A stretch of 32,000 nt of DNA from Bellilinea caldifistulae (GTDB lineage: Bacteria > Chloroflexota > Anaerolineae > Anaerolineales > Anaerolineaceae), in the NCBI RefSeq assembly GCF_001306055.1, contig NZ_LGHJ01000023.1:40283-72282 (forward strand), in the 5' to 3' direction. Below, piece after piece: positions 1 to 9,434 of the stretch. Positions within the stretch are counted from its first letter, which is position 1. Each line of letters begins with the position of its first letter. A program made the translations under genes and the position numbers. Below the pieces are notes generated by a model. That model did no database searches, was not told the DNA's origin, and saw only the letters and a list, made by a program, of their open reading frames with translations.

Positions 1-2489
1 CCGTTGAGAATTTTGAGAATTGCAATCGCCTCTACTTTACCGGCGCTGCCATTCTCTCCACCCACACCAACGCAAGAAGGGCATCCTTCCCCACATGGGC
101 AGTTTTGGACAACTTCGAGAGCGCTGTTAAGGATGGGTTCGTGTTTCTCAAAAAGGGTTTCGGATAATCCAATGCCGGCGGGTGAGTTATCATATAACAT
201 TACAATTGGGTTGCCCTGGCTGATTGGAGATTGAGGATCGCTGTGAGAGCCTAAATCTCCAGGATCGCATAAAACAAATAAAGGTGCAATTTGGGAGAGA
301 AGAAAACGCAGACCCGATAAGCCAGTGCGGATACGCACAACACTTTCAGCTTTGTGGTGACAGACCGGACAAAGTGTAATCAGGTTTTCCAATCGGTTGG
401 CCTGTTCATAGGATGGAAATTGACGGAAGGGGATTTTGTGATGAACATGATGGGGTGTGCCTTTTTCGGGAATACCACATAATTGACAGGTATACTGATC
501 GCGCTGGCGGGCAAGTTTTCTTTGTTTCTCCCAATTTGGTCCGTAATTGTTAGGTTTACCACTCCATAAGTTGTATTCGGAAAGTTTTTGGACACTGACG
601 GCATCCAGCTCAATCCAGTATCCAACAGTACGCATGGTACGCGGGGGGAGTTCCAGTTCTTCGGTTGCCAAAATTTCCTTTGTTAGCCACGAAATTTTCC
701 GAAAACCTTTCAATTGCCGGGTCACTTCAATTTCACCAAAATGAATTGCTCCGCCGGGGACAGATTGGTTTTTTTCTTCAGAAATTGTCCGAATAGTTTG
801 ATCCATCAACGGTTGGGTGTAATAATCTCCGTTAAAGGAAGATAGTCGAACCAGTTTTTTTTCAAAGTCCAATTCTTGCACAATGAAGGTTTGACCTTGA
901 TGCAGGTAAATCGCATTGGGATGTGCCATCCAATCCACGCTGGCTTGATCTAATTCCCCAATGGTGATCAATCGGTCATCTTCTTCGACCTGTAACAAGA
1001 ACGAGTCACCAGAGGTGCTGCGCAACGATACGTTTTGAGAAGGGTATTGATTTGCACGCCAGATAAATCGGTCTGCGGTTGCAAATACTTCTCGATTCAG
1101 GGTTAATACTTGAAGATAAGGATGAATATCCTCCCAGGGGAGTTTACCGAAGGTATCATTTTGACGGAATGGCAATTCAAAGACTGCGCAACGAATATGC
1201 TGGTATAAGATCAGCGGATTGTTGGGATTGATCAACGCCATTTCGGGTGGATTTTCAAACAGGTACTCCGGATGCTTGAGGATATATTGATCCAAAGGGT
1301 TTGAAGAGGCAACCAGTACCGCCAGGGAGTCTTGTTTTTGTCTGCCAGCCCGCCCGGCTTGTTGATGGGTTGCGGCAATACTGCCCGGATAACCGCTGAT
1401 GATGACCGCTTCCATTCCCCCAATATCAATCCCTAGCTCCAACGCATTGGTGGCGACAACGGCTTTGGCTTTTCCGGTTTTCAGAGCTTCTTCTGTTTTT
1501 CTCCTTTCAGTCGGCAGATACCCACTTCTGTAAGCAAAGATTTGGTGAGCCTTATCTGGATTCTGGCTTTGTAGTAATTTCATACCGATCTCGACATTTT
1601 TACGAGTGTGGGTAAACAAAAGTGTCTGGATACCTTTTACAATTAGATCGCCGCTCATCCGCACGGCTTCACTGAGTGCGGAACGACGAACCCCAAGTTC
1701 TTCATGAACAATGGGAGGATTGTAAAGCAGAAAATATTTCGTGCCGCGTGGAGATTGACTATCCGATATCTGCTGGAAGGGTTCTTCAATCAAATTTTCG
1801 GCATGTTCCTTCGCGTTCGCAACCGTTGCCGAAGTGAGAATAAAGATTGGAGACGCGGAATAAAACTGGCCGACCCGCTTCAAGCGGCGGATCAGATTGG
1901 CAATGTGAGAGCCAAAAACACCGCGGTAAAGGTGAACTTCATCCAAAACAACAAAGGTCAGACCACGAAAAAATCTTTCCCAGTTTGGATGATGGGGAAG
2001 AATTGCAGTGTGGAGCATATCCGGGTTGCTGAGCAAGATTCGGGCGGTTTGGCGAATTTTTGCGCGTTGAGAGGATGGTGTATCACCATCGTAGATTGCG
2101 ATCGAAGAATGAAACGTAGAAGGGGATAAGCGCAGAAATGTATTCAATTGGTCTTGTGTGAGGGCCTTGGTGGGGAAAAGCAACAATGAAGTGGCAGTGT
2201 TGTCCTTCAAGCATTTGTCTAGAATTGGTAAAAGATAGCAAAGTGACTTTCCGCTGGCAGTTCCAGTGGTGATGATGGTGTGCTTAGATTGCGTAATGTT
2301 CTGGATGGCTTCCCATTGATGGCGATAAAGTGCTTTAATGTTCTCTTGTAAAAGTGCATCTACCAATGCTTTATCCAATTTCTCAGGTAATGGAACAAAA
2401 TGTCCCGGATTCGCATTGGTGACATGAATTGTGCTGATGTTGGGCGAGAGGGATGGATCGTTTTGCCAAAAGTCTAAAATCTTTTTCAT
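1..2489 (-). CDS. SF2 DEAD/DEAH-box helicase with C-terminal DUF1998 (MrfA/YprA-like) and an embedded HNH nuclease motif. Partial: the 3' end runs off the window.
   Basis: My own translation of the minus strand from the ATG at 2487-2489, which has an in-frame TAA immediately upstream. The frame stays open to position 1, which is why it is absent from the ORF track. Motifs: TGTASGKS (2244-2267), DEVH (1932-1943), SAT, QQAGRAGR (1341-1364), HNH module CQLCG..HHVHHKIPF..NLITLCPVCHH (354-488), DUF1998-like LCDPGDLG, YDNSPAGIGL and CPCGEGCPSC (72-101). Confidence 0.85.
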   Translation of the reverse strand, partial: MKKILDFWQNDPSLSPNISTIHVTNANPGHFVPLPEKLDKALVDALLQENIKALYRHQWEAIQNITQSKHTIITTGTASGKSLCYLLPILDKCLKDNTATSLLLFPTKALTQDQLNTFLRLSPSTFHSSIAIYDGDTPSSQRAKIRQTARILLSNPDMLHTAILPHHPNWERFFRGLTFVVLDEVHLYRGVFGSHIANLIRRLKRVGQFYSASPIFILTSATVANAKEHAENLIEEPFQQISDSQSPRGTKYFLLYNPPIVHEELGVRRSALSEAVRMSGDLIVKGIQTLLFTHTRKNVEIGMKLLQSQNPDKAHQIFAYRSGYLPTERRKTEEALKTGKAKAVVATNALELGIDIGGMEAVIISGYPGSIAATHQQAGRAGRQKQDSLAVLVASSNPLDQYILKHPEYLFENPPEMALINPNNPLILYQHIRCAVFELPFRQNDTFGKLPWEDIHPYLQVLTLNREVFATADRFIWRANQYPSQNVSLRSTSGDSFLLQVEEDDRLITIGELDQASVDWMAHPNAIYLHQGQTFIVQELDFEKKLVRLSSFNGDYYTQPLMDQTIRTISEEKNQSVPGGAIHFGEIEVTRQLKGFRKISWLTKEILATEELELPPRTMRTVGYWIELDAVSVQKLSEYNLWSGKPNNYGPNWEKQRKLARQRDQYTCQLCGIPEKGTPHHVHHKIPFRQFPSYEQANRLENLITLCPVCHHKAESVVRIRTGLSGLRFLLSQIAPLFVLCDPGDLGSHSDPQSPISQGNPIVMLYDNSPAGIGLSETLFEKHEPILNSALEVVQNCPCGEGCPSCVGVGGENGSAGKVEAIAILKILN

Positions 2490-2652
2490 TTACCCGAAAT
2501 TTTCCGATTATAAGGATGGTTTTTGATTGGCGTAACCCATTATACCTTTTCATTGATCTTGAAAATTGGGGATGACAAATCGTTTTTCTTTTTCGCCATC
2601 TTTGGCTATACTTTGCTTGTTTGAGAAGATTGGTTCAATCGGGAGAGAGAGG

Positions 2653-3990
2653 ATGAAACCAACTGCTCGGTATCGCTGGTTTGTGGTAGGGGTGTTTTTC
2701 GTGTTCATGCTTCTCCACCAAGCCGATAAATTATTGATTGGACCATTGACCACACCGATCATGGAATATTTTCAAATTGATGAAGCTCAAATGGGGGTAG
2801 TTTTTTCGGGTGCCATTTTGGTTGGAGGAATTTTTTACCCCCTGTGGGGCTACCTTTATGATCGTTTTGCGCGAGCAAAGCTGCTGGCATTGGCCTCTTT
2901 AATTTGGGGAGCGACAACCTGGTTAAGCGCACTGGCAAAATCCTTTGGTGTTTTTGTAATTACCCGTGCTTCCACGGGAATTGACGATGCGAGTTATCCC
3001 GGTTTATATTCCCTGATCTCGGATTATTTTCCCCCAAAAACACGGGGTAAAGTATATGGCCTGTTGCAGATTGCCAGTCCGCTGGGTTATATGATTGGGA
3101 TGGTGCTGGCCATTACACTGACTCAACTGATTCACTGGCAAGGAATTTTCATACTGACTGGTTCTTTGGGAATTGTCCTTGCGGCTGTCATTTTTACTAC
3201 AGTGAAGGAGATGCCACGAGGGGGATCTGAACCCGAGCTGGAAAACATTGAGCAACATACTCATTATCGCTTTGAGTGGAAGACCGCTTTAGGGCTTTTC
3301 AGGAAAAAGAGTCTTCTGCTACTCTTTACCCAGGGATTTTTCGGGGTCTTTCCGTGGCAGGTGATTACTTTCTGGTTCTTCCGTTATCTGGAAACGGAAC
3401 GAGGTTTCAATCCCAATCAAGTCTTAATCACGATGGTGATTGCAGTATTGTTCTTAGCGGCTGGTTATCCAATTGGTGGCGCATTGGGGGATTATCTTTT
3501 CAAACGCAATGTGCGCGGCCGTTTGATTGTCTCGGCTTTCGGCGTCATCACCGGTGCACTTTTGTTGTGGTTTTCCCTGAGTATTCCTGAAAACAACACC
3601 CTGTTTTTTACCATCTCCATGGCCATCACAGCAATTTTCATTCCTTTTGCGGCACCGAATGTCCTTTCAACGGTTTATGATGTCACCTTGCCAGAAGTGA
3701 GATCTACTGCAAATTCGGTTCAAAACATGATTGAGCAAGGTGGTTCGGCAGTAGCTCCGGCGTTGGCGGGTTTGATTGCGGTGAATTCGTCATTAAAGGA
3801 TGCGATTCTGATCATATGTGTGGGTGCATGGATTTTGTGTTTCTTATTCTTTTTGGGTGCAATTTACTTGTTGCCACGTGACATTCGGGATTTGCGCCAG
3901 CAATTAGCCCAAAGAGCAGAAAAAGAGAGAATGGCATTGAGTCAGGGGAACTTAAATGATCAATTGGTTTCTGCTCCGGCACAGGATTAA
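2653..3990 (+). CDS. MFS transporter
   Basis: Track ORF 2566-3990. I prefer the internal ATG at 2653 (MKPTARYRWFVVGVFFV) because GGGAGAGAGAGG sits directly upstream. About 12 hydrophobic segments. MFS-like loop motifs (GYLYDRFARAK). Confidence 0.8.
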   Translation: MKPTARYRWFVVGVFFVFMLLHQADKLLIGPLTTPIMEYFQIDEAQMGVVFSGAILVGGIFYPLWGYLYDRFARAKLLALASLIWGATTWLSALAKSFGVFVITRASTGIDDASYPGLYSLISDYFPPKTRGKVYGLLQIASPLGYMIGMVLAITLTQLIHWQGIFILTGSLGIVLAAVIFTTVKEMPRGGSEPELENIEQHTHYRFEWKTALGLFRKKSLLLLFTQGFFGVFPWQVITFWFFRYLETERGFNPNQVLITMVIAVLFLAAGYPIGGALGDYLFKRNVRGRLIVSAFGVITGALLLWFSLSIPENNTLFFTISMAITAIFIPFAAPNVLSTVYDVTLPEVRSTANSVQNMIEQGGSAVAPALAGLIAVNSSLKDAILIICVGAWILCFLFFLGAIYLLPRDIRDLRQQLAQRAEKERMALSQGNLNDQLVSAPAQD

Positions 3991-3992
3991 TT

Positions 3993-4739
3993 ATGAATTT
4001 TGGTATTCTTCCTTTTCTGATCCTCGCTGGGTGGCTGGCGGGTTCTCTTTTGAATTATCTGGCGGATGTTTTACCCCGAACTCGCCGATTGAGCTCTCCT
4101 AAATGCATATCTTGTGGAATTAAGGTGTCCTTACAGAACTATCTACTGTTGCGAAAATGCAATAACTGTGGCGCGGAAACCACATCACGAAGGCGAGTTG
4201 TGCAGGCACTTTCAACGATCCTGATTCCCATCGTCTTTTATTTTCCCCCTGCACGATTTGGATTTTGGTTAAGCTTGCCCTATTTTTTATATTTCGCACT
4301 GGTGTTTATCATGGACATCGAACACCGGGTTGTATTATACGAGGTTGTTGGTGCGGGTATATTGATTTCTATACCGATGGGATTGTACTGGAATGGATGG
4401 TTGAAAACCATCCTGGGGGGGCTTACTGGATTCGGACTGATGTTCATTCTTTATTACTTTGGGGTTCTTTTCAACCGCTGGATGTCCAAAAGGCGGGGAG
4501 AAGAAATTGAGGAAGTTGCATTGGGGTTTGGAGATGTGAACCTTAGTGGTGTGTTAGGATTGTTGCTGGGATGGCCAAAGATTGCGATAAGCTTATTCTT
4601 TTCTGTTGTAATGGGCGGCGTTTTCAGCGGGCTTTACCTGTTGGGAAGCGTGCTTGCCCGTCGCTACCGGCCATTTACAGCAATACCGTATGCGCCGTTT
4701 TTAGTAATTGCTGCGGTCATTCTAATTTATCTAGCCTGA
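3993..4739 (+). CDS. Prepilin (type IV leader) peptidase, A24 family
   Basis: N-terminal CxxC..CxxC pair (CISCG..CNNCG). Polytopic membrane protein. GFGDVNL active-site Asp motif. Starts 2 nt after the MFS stop. Confidence 0.8.
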   Translation: MNFGILPFLILAGWLAGSLLNYLADVLPRTRRLSSPKCISCGIKVSLQNYLLLRKCNNCGAETTSRRRVVQALSTILIPIVFYFPPARFGFWLSLPYFLYFALVFIMDIEHRVVLYEVVGAGILISIPMGLYWNGWLKTILGGLTGFGLMFILYYFGVLFNRWMSKRRGEEIEEVALGFGDVNLSGVLGLLLGWPKIAISLFFSVVMGGVFSGLYLLGSVLARRYRPFTAIPYAPFLVIAAVILIYLA

Positions 4740-4745
4740 TCAAAC

Positions 4746-6350
4746 TCAGAGATGCGGCCCAGTGGCGAGCACCTCTTTTGTCACGTTTTTGGCAAATTGA
4801 GTGCAATTGTTTTCAAATTGTGCAATCAAATTGCGGGCGTATTCCTGATAGGCTTGCTTGTCTTTCCAGTTGTATTGGGGATTCAGGACTTCTGAAGGAA
4901 CACCGGGACAAAAGAGGGGGATGTTCAATCCAAAAAATGGTTCTTGACGGAACGGTACTTCATCCAGATCATGGTTCAAAGCAGCAGTGATCATTGCCCT
5001 GGTATAGGGGAGGTTGATCCGTTTTCCAATTCCATAGGGGCCACCAATCCAACCGGTATTGATTAGCCAAACCTTAACCTTATGGCGCAAGATTTTCTCG
5101 CCGAGCAGATCGGAATATCGGTTTGGAGAGAGTGGCAGGAAAGGCGCACCAAAACAGGTTGAAAAAGTGGCTTGTGGTTCGCTGCCTAAGCCCGTTTCGG
5201 TTCCGGCCAGTTTAGAGGTGTAACCTGAGAGAAAGTAATACATCGCTTGTTCGTAATTTAATCGGGCAATTGGTGGCATTACGCCGAATGCATCGGCCGT
5301 CAGGAAAAAAATGTTTTGCGGGTGACCCGCGTATCCCTGGCTGAGACTGTTAGGGATGAATGATAAGGGATAGGCCCCACGCGTATTTTCCGTAAATTGA
5401 TCCGAGTCGAAATCAACCACTCTGGAAACCGGATCATAAACTACATTTTCTAATACAGCCCCAAAACGATTGGTTGCAGCCCAAATCATTGGCTCATATT
5501 TAGGATTCAGGCGGATGGTTTTTGCGTAACAGCCGCCCTCGATATTAAAGACACCTTCGTCTGACCAACCATGTTCGTCATCACCGATCAATTGACGCTC
5601 GGGGTCGGAAGAAAGGGTGGTTTTGCCGGTTCCACTCAGCCCGAAAAACAAGGCAACATCGCCATTTTTACCCACATTAGCTGAACAGTGCATGGACAAT
5701 ACGCCCTGACGCGGCAAAAGATAGTTCATAATGGTGAATATTGATTTCTTGATTTCGCCGGCGTAACCGGTTCCACCTATCAAGACGATTTTTCTTTCAA
5801 AATCAATCAGTATAACGGTACCAGAACGTACACCATCCAATTTGGGGTCAGCTTGAAAGTTTTCGCTCTGGAGGATGATGAAATCGGGGATGGTGTGTGG
5901 AATTTGCGAAACCGGAATGGGGATTAACAAATTCCGTGAGAACAGATTGTGCCAGGCTTTCTCGGTAATCACTCTTATCGTTTGCCGATAATTTGGATGT
6001 GCGCCTGCATAGACATCCTGGACAAACAAATCTCTTCCTTGAAAGTAAGCAAGAAACTTTTGGTAAATTTGATCAAATGCGTGAGGGGAAAGAGGTTGAT
6101 TGATTTTTCCCCACCAGATTTCATCCTCTAAGTGAGGGTATTGCACAATGAATTTGTCATTGGGTGACCGTCCGGTATGTTTACCGGTGTAGGCAATCAC
6201 TGCTCCATCACAAGAGAGGGCAACTTCATTGCGTCTAATGCCTTCTTCAATCAAGCCGGCAGATGCATAATTCCAGTAAATATTCCCTGTATTTTGAAAG
6301 CCATGGTTCTCAATTCCGTAATTTGATGGAATTCCAAAGGCTTGCATCAA
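4746..6350 (-). CDS. pckA: Phosphoenolpyruvate carboxykinase (ATP)
   Basis: 534 aa with the kinase-1a motif GLSGTGKTTLS and typical ATP-PEPCK blocks (GGTGYAGEIKKS, NTGW). The first codon in the track is TTG at 6348-6350. The ATG at 6345-6347 is an equally likely start. Confidence 0.95.
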   Translation of the reverse strand: MMQAFGIPSNYGIENHGFQNTGNIYWNYASAGLIEEGIRRNEVALSCDGAVIAYTGKHTGRSPNDKFIVQYPHLEDEIWWGKINQPLSPHAFDQIYQKFLAYFQGRDLFVQDVYAGAHPNYRQTIRVITEKAWHNLFSRNLLIPIPVSQIPHTIPDFIILQSENFQADPKLDGVRSGTVILIDFERKIVLIGGTGYAGEIKKSIFTIMNYLLPRQGVLSMHCSANVGKNGDVALFFGLSGTGKTTLSSDPERQLIGDDEHGWSDEGVFNIEGGCYAKTIRLNPKYEPMIWAATNRFGAVLENVVYDPVSRVVDFDSDQFTENTRGAYPLSFIPNSLSQGYAGHPQNIFFLTADAFGVMPPIARLNYEQAMYYFLSGYTSKLAGTETGLGSEPQATFSTCFGAPFLPLSPNRYSDLLGEKILRHKVKVWLINTGWIGGPYGIGKRINLPYTRAMITAALNHDLDEVPFRQEPFFGLNIPLFCPGVPSEVLNPQYNWKDKQAYQEYARNLIAQFENNCTQFAKNVTKEVLATGPHL

Positions 6351-6382
6351 ATTGATCTCTCCTTATATGTGGGTTGAGTAAA

Positions 6383-8866
6383 TTAGGGATTGTTCCCCGA
6401 CCAGCCCAGAAACCAATACCAGAGAACGTCTGATGCCGGTTTACCGTGAATTGAGGACGAAGCATCTTGAATGGCTGCAGGTGGATAAAAACCTTGCGAT
6501 ACAACGCCGTCAATCCACGAGCGTTCGTTGATCGCGGAAAGTAAGGCACTGTAACTATCTGCTTGAAGTTGTAGGTCGGGGGTAAATTGTTCGGTTGGAG
6601 AAAGAGGCGGGAAAAATGTTTCCAAGGTCAGGCAGTTTTCGTTGTTGCAGATCGAGGAATCTGTTATAGCAGAGGGTAAATTTATGGCTACAACGATAGG
6701 TTTTCCGGTGGACTCTCGAATTGGAAGCAAAATCGTGTCGAGGTAATCTTCCACCTGGCTGAGTCGGTCATCTTGGGGCGTTGAAGAGGAATACAATGAG
6801 GGGATTACAAGTTGGACATAAAGAAAATCCATCCGCTCAACAACCCATTCAGGGATTGTTGGACTTTTGTCGGTGATCTGAATACTCCAACCCAATTTTC
6901 CGTTATAACGCTGGCGAACGTTTTCGACAATGGATTGCCATCGTTCATCGGCAAAGTCCGGCACACCTGAGGCCTCACCGCTTGGAAGAACTCCGGCTGG
7001 GAGGGCAGGTGCCACCTGTGGACCTCCTAAAATGAGAGCCGGTGTGCTGGTTTGGGCAGCCAGATCTGCAAAATGGATCGCAAAGGTATGATAGCGTTCA
7101 AACCAATTTTCCCACCAGGCTTTTTCCAAATGTGGTTCAGACCAAACTTCGCTACCGTTGCGAAGGTGGGGGTACAACCATGCGGTCATATTGGCTTGCT
7201 GGATGGTTTGAATTGCCTGTATATTATCAAGCCACAGGGAGTCCTTGCCGGCCACGGGTTCAAAATTGGGTGTGCCAACATTTACGTAAGACCACCCCGG
7301 CGTTAGGACGGTCGTATTGGCTTTTAATAAACTGATTTTATTCATCCCCCAAAATAAATAAGGTTGCCAGGTGGGGTTGTAATTGGGGCTTATTTCGATC
7401 CCTCGAACAAAGTCATTAAGACGGGATTGGGGAGTAGGAGCAACAATTTCAGTGGAACTTGAAGTGGTATTCCAGTTTGACCAGGCTTTTATTTCGTCCC
7501 GGCGAATTTGGGATTCGCTGCTGACGACCAAGGGATATCCTTCTGCTTGTGTGCCAGCAGTGGCCAAATCATCTGCATGACCACACTGGTCATTCCGGCA
7601 GTAACGATATTGTAATGAATTGAACATATTCAATGGGCTATAAAGGACATATAGCCATTGATTATTTCCCAATGGCCACATTGGGAGTGGATTTGTCCAT
7701 GTATATGGATTGAATTGGATGGAAACGCTATCTTCAAGAGGTGTGTTATTGGGGGCACTGACCAAAAAGGTGATTGGTTGTGTATTGACCGATTGCCATG
7801 AAGTGACTTGATCCGTAATTGTGGTATCGTTTTGCGGCACAATCAGTTGCCTGAGGACAAATCCTCCACTTTGATCGTGTTCTGCATTCCAAAAACCATC
7901 GCCCAAGGTGTATTTGTAGCGCAAATCAAAGCCGGCTGGTAACCGCAGGGTTATGGCATACGCATTTTCGGCGACATTGGTCAGCAGGGGTGCGCGGGCA
8001 GCAATGACGCTAAATCCACCGTTGACCTCGGCGAAAGTGTTGCCAAGCGAATAAATATTTCCCACCATTCTTACCGGTACACCTTGTAAATTCGTTGGTG
8101 GAGTCTGAACGATAAAAGTCACATTGACAAAGCGCGAGGGGGTTAGCGGAGTAAGAGCAAGTGTAGTTGAATCTGCGGCAACTACAGCCCCTTGCTGAAA
8201 GGTTTGAAAACTTCCATCTATGCTATAAACCACTAAATTATGAATGCCCTCGGCAATGTTCTCGACGATGAAAGATCCATCACTGGCAGTGAGTGTTTGA
8301 ATGCCACCAACGCAAACCAGAGCATTTGGAAATGGCGCTTTGGTGCTGGCATCAAAAACCTGTCCTTTGATTGTACCGGTCAAGCCATTGAACCGAAAAT
8401 CAGTCCAACCAGCAATCGTGTCCTCAACGAATAGGGGGTAATTTACCGCTGCCATGCGATAGCGAACCTGTTCGCCATGAGCGTTGTATTCAACAAAATA
8501 AGGAAAATCTCCTCTTAAGTATCGGTACTTTACCACCGAACCGATCGGAAAAATCAATTCCAGTTGGAAGGACCCGTCCGAATTTTCGATCATCGGATAG
8601 CGCTGAGGATTCATTGCCAGACCGGTCACTTCATCGAGAATTTCGAGGGTAATGTTCCCTTTTGGGGCGTTGGCAGGAGGTTTTGCTCGAAAAGTGACTT
8701 TGGTATAACTCAGGTCCGGCTGATCACTGGTAATCGGAGAGGGTGCTGTTGGAGAAGAATTGAACCAGGAGGAAAAATCTAATGAACAGGCGCTGAGGAA
8801 GAAAGTCAGACCAATCAGGATAATTAAGGTGTTATGAAAAATCCCTATTTTGTGTGTCATTTTCAT
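6383..8866 (-). CDS. Secreted lipoprotein with repeated carbohydrate-binding-like beta-sandwich modules, a carboxypeptidase-regulatory-like domain and a C-terminal TIM-barrel-like region. Function unknown.
   Basis: 827-aa ORF. Lipobox signal LIGLTFFLSAC. GAGGAAA Shine-Dalgarno before the ATG. Three modules end in VKYRYLRGD, LRYKYTLGD and LQYRYCRND. Confidence 0.7.
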   Translation of the reverse strand: MKMTHKIGIFHNTLIILIGLTFFLSACSLDFSSWFNSSPTAPSPITSDQPDLSYTKVTFRAKPPANAPKGNITLEILDEVTGLAMNPQRYPMIENSDGSFQLELIFPIGSVVKYRYLRGDFPYFVEYNAHGEQVRYRMAAVNYPLFVEDTIAGWTDFRFNGLTGTIKGQVFDASTKAPFPNALVCVGGIQTLTASDGSFIVENIAEGIHNLVVYSIDGSFQTFQQGAVVAADSTTLALTPLTPSRFVNVTFIVQTPPTNLQGVPVRMVGNIYSLGNTFAEVNGGFSVIAARAPLLTNVAENAYAITLRLPAGFDLRYKYTLGDGFWNAEHDQSGGFVLRQLIVPQNDTTITDQVTSWQSVNTQPITFLVSAPNNTPLEDSVSIQFNPYTWTNPLPMWPLGNNQWLYVLYSPLNMFNSLQYRYCRNDQCGHADDLATAGTQAEGYPLVVSSESQIRRDEIKAWSNWNTTSSSTEIVAPTPQSRLNDFVRGIEISPNYNPTWQPYLFWGMNKISLLKANTTVLTPGWSYVNVGTPNFEPVAGKDSLWLDNIQAIQTIQQANMTAWLYPHLRNGSEVWSEPHLEKAWWENWFERYHTFAIHFADLAAQTSTPALILGGPQVAPALPAGVLPSGEASGVPDFADERWQSIVENVRQRYNGKLGWSIQITDKSPTIPEWVVERMDFLYVQLVIPSLYSSSTPQDDRLSQVEDYLDTILLPIRESTGKPIVVAINLPSAITDSSICNNENCLTLETFFPPLSPTEQFTPDLQLQADSYSALLSAINERSWIDGVVSQGFYPPAAIQDASSSIHGKPASDVLWYWFLGWSGNNP

Positions 8867-8894
8867 GGCATTTCCTCAGCGTTTAGGTTAAAAG

Positions 8895-8941
8895 ATGAAA
8901 AACAGAAACCGCTCGCGAGAATTAATTCTGGTGAGCGGTTT
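8895..8941 (-). terminator. Intrinsic terminator of nusB
   Basis: Arms AAACCGCTC (8906-8914) and GAGCGGTTT (8933-8941). The inner perfect palindrome AGAATTAATTCT spans 8919-8930. On the minus strand the stem is followed by TTTCTGTTTTTC. The hairpin overlaps the nusB stop codon. Confidence 0.5.
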
Positions 8942-9389
8942 TCCCGTCCTCTGGTGAGGTGACTTTTTTGAATTTTTGCCTGATTTCTTGCTGACGGTTG
9001 GCAAGGCTGCCTAATACGCCGTTGACAAAGCGTGGAGTGCTGTCCGCCCCAAAGATTTTTGCCAGCTCAATGGCTTCGTTTATGGCAACCTTTACTGGTG
9101 TGCACCCTTCGACGGCAAATTCCCACAAGGCAATCCGCAAAATATTCCGGTCAATGACAGCCACCTGATCTAATGGCCATTCGGGGGCGTGCTGGGCGAT
9201 GAAATCATCTAATTGACGAGTGATTGGAAAAACCCCATTGATGATATCGTAGGCAAATTTCACCAGATTCGTATCCAGTGTTTCGTCTTTAAGGCGCTCT
9301 TCCATGGCAGCCTGAGGAGAATGATTGGTCAGGTCGCATTCATAAAGCACCTGCAAGGCTAAGCTTCTTGCCTTGGTTCGGGGTTTCAT
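8922..9389 (-). CDS. nusB: Transcription antitermination factor NusB
   Basis: 155 aa. Typical NusB sequence (RSLALQVLYE.., DRNILRIALWE, INEAIELAK, FVNGVLG). Lies downstream of an Asp23-family gene, as in many monoderm genomes. Confidence 0.9.
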   Translation of the reverse strand: MKPRTKARSLALQVLYECDLTNHSPQAAMEERLKDETLDTNLVKFAYDIINGVFPITRQLDDFIAQHAPEWPLDQVAVIDRNILRIALWEFAVEGCTPVKVAINEAIELAKIFGADSTPRFVNGVLGSLANRQQEIRQKFKKVTSPEDGKTAHQN

Positions 9390-9434
9390 AACACCTTCGT
9401 TGTTAATTTTCCAAATTCAACAGGTTTTCCGACA

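Noticed and set aside
1704-2129. 141-aa plus-strand ORF, along with 4-234, 547-744 and 1847-2032
   Set aside because: All are antisense or out of frame within the continuous 829-codon helicase ORF on the minus strand, whose SF2 motifs are unambiguous.
4571-4990. 139-aa plus-strand ORF bridging the peptidase and pckA genes
   Set aside because: It overlaps the 3' end of the A24 peptidase out of frame and runs antisense to pckA. It has no motif.
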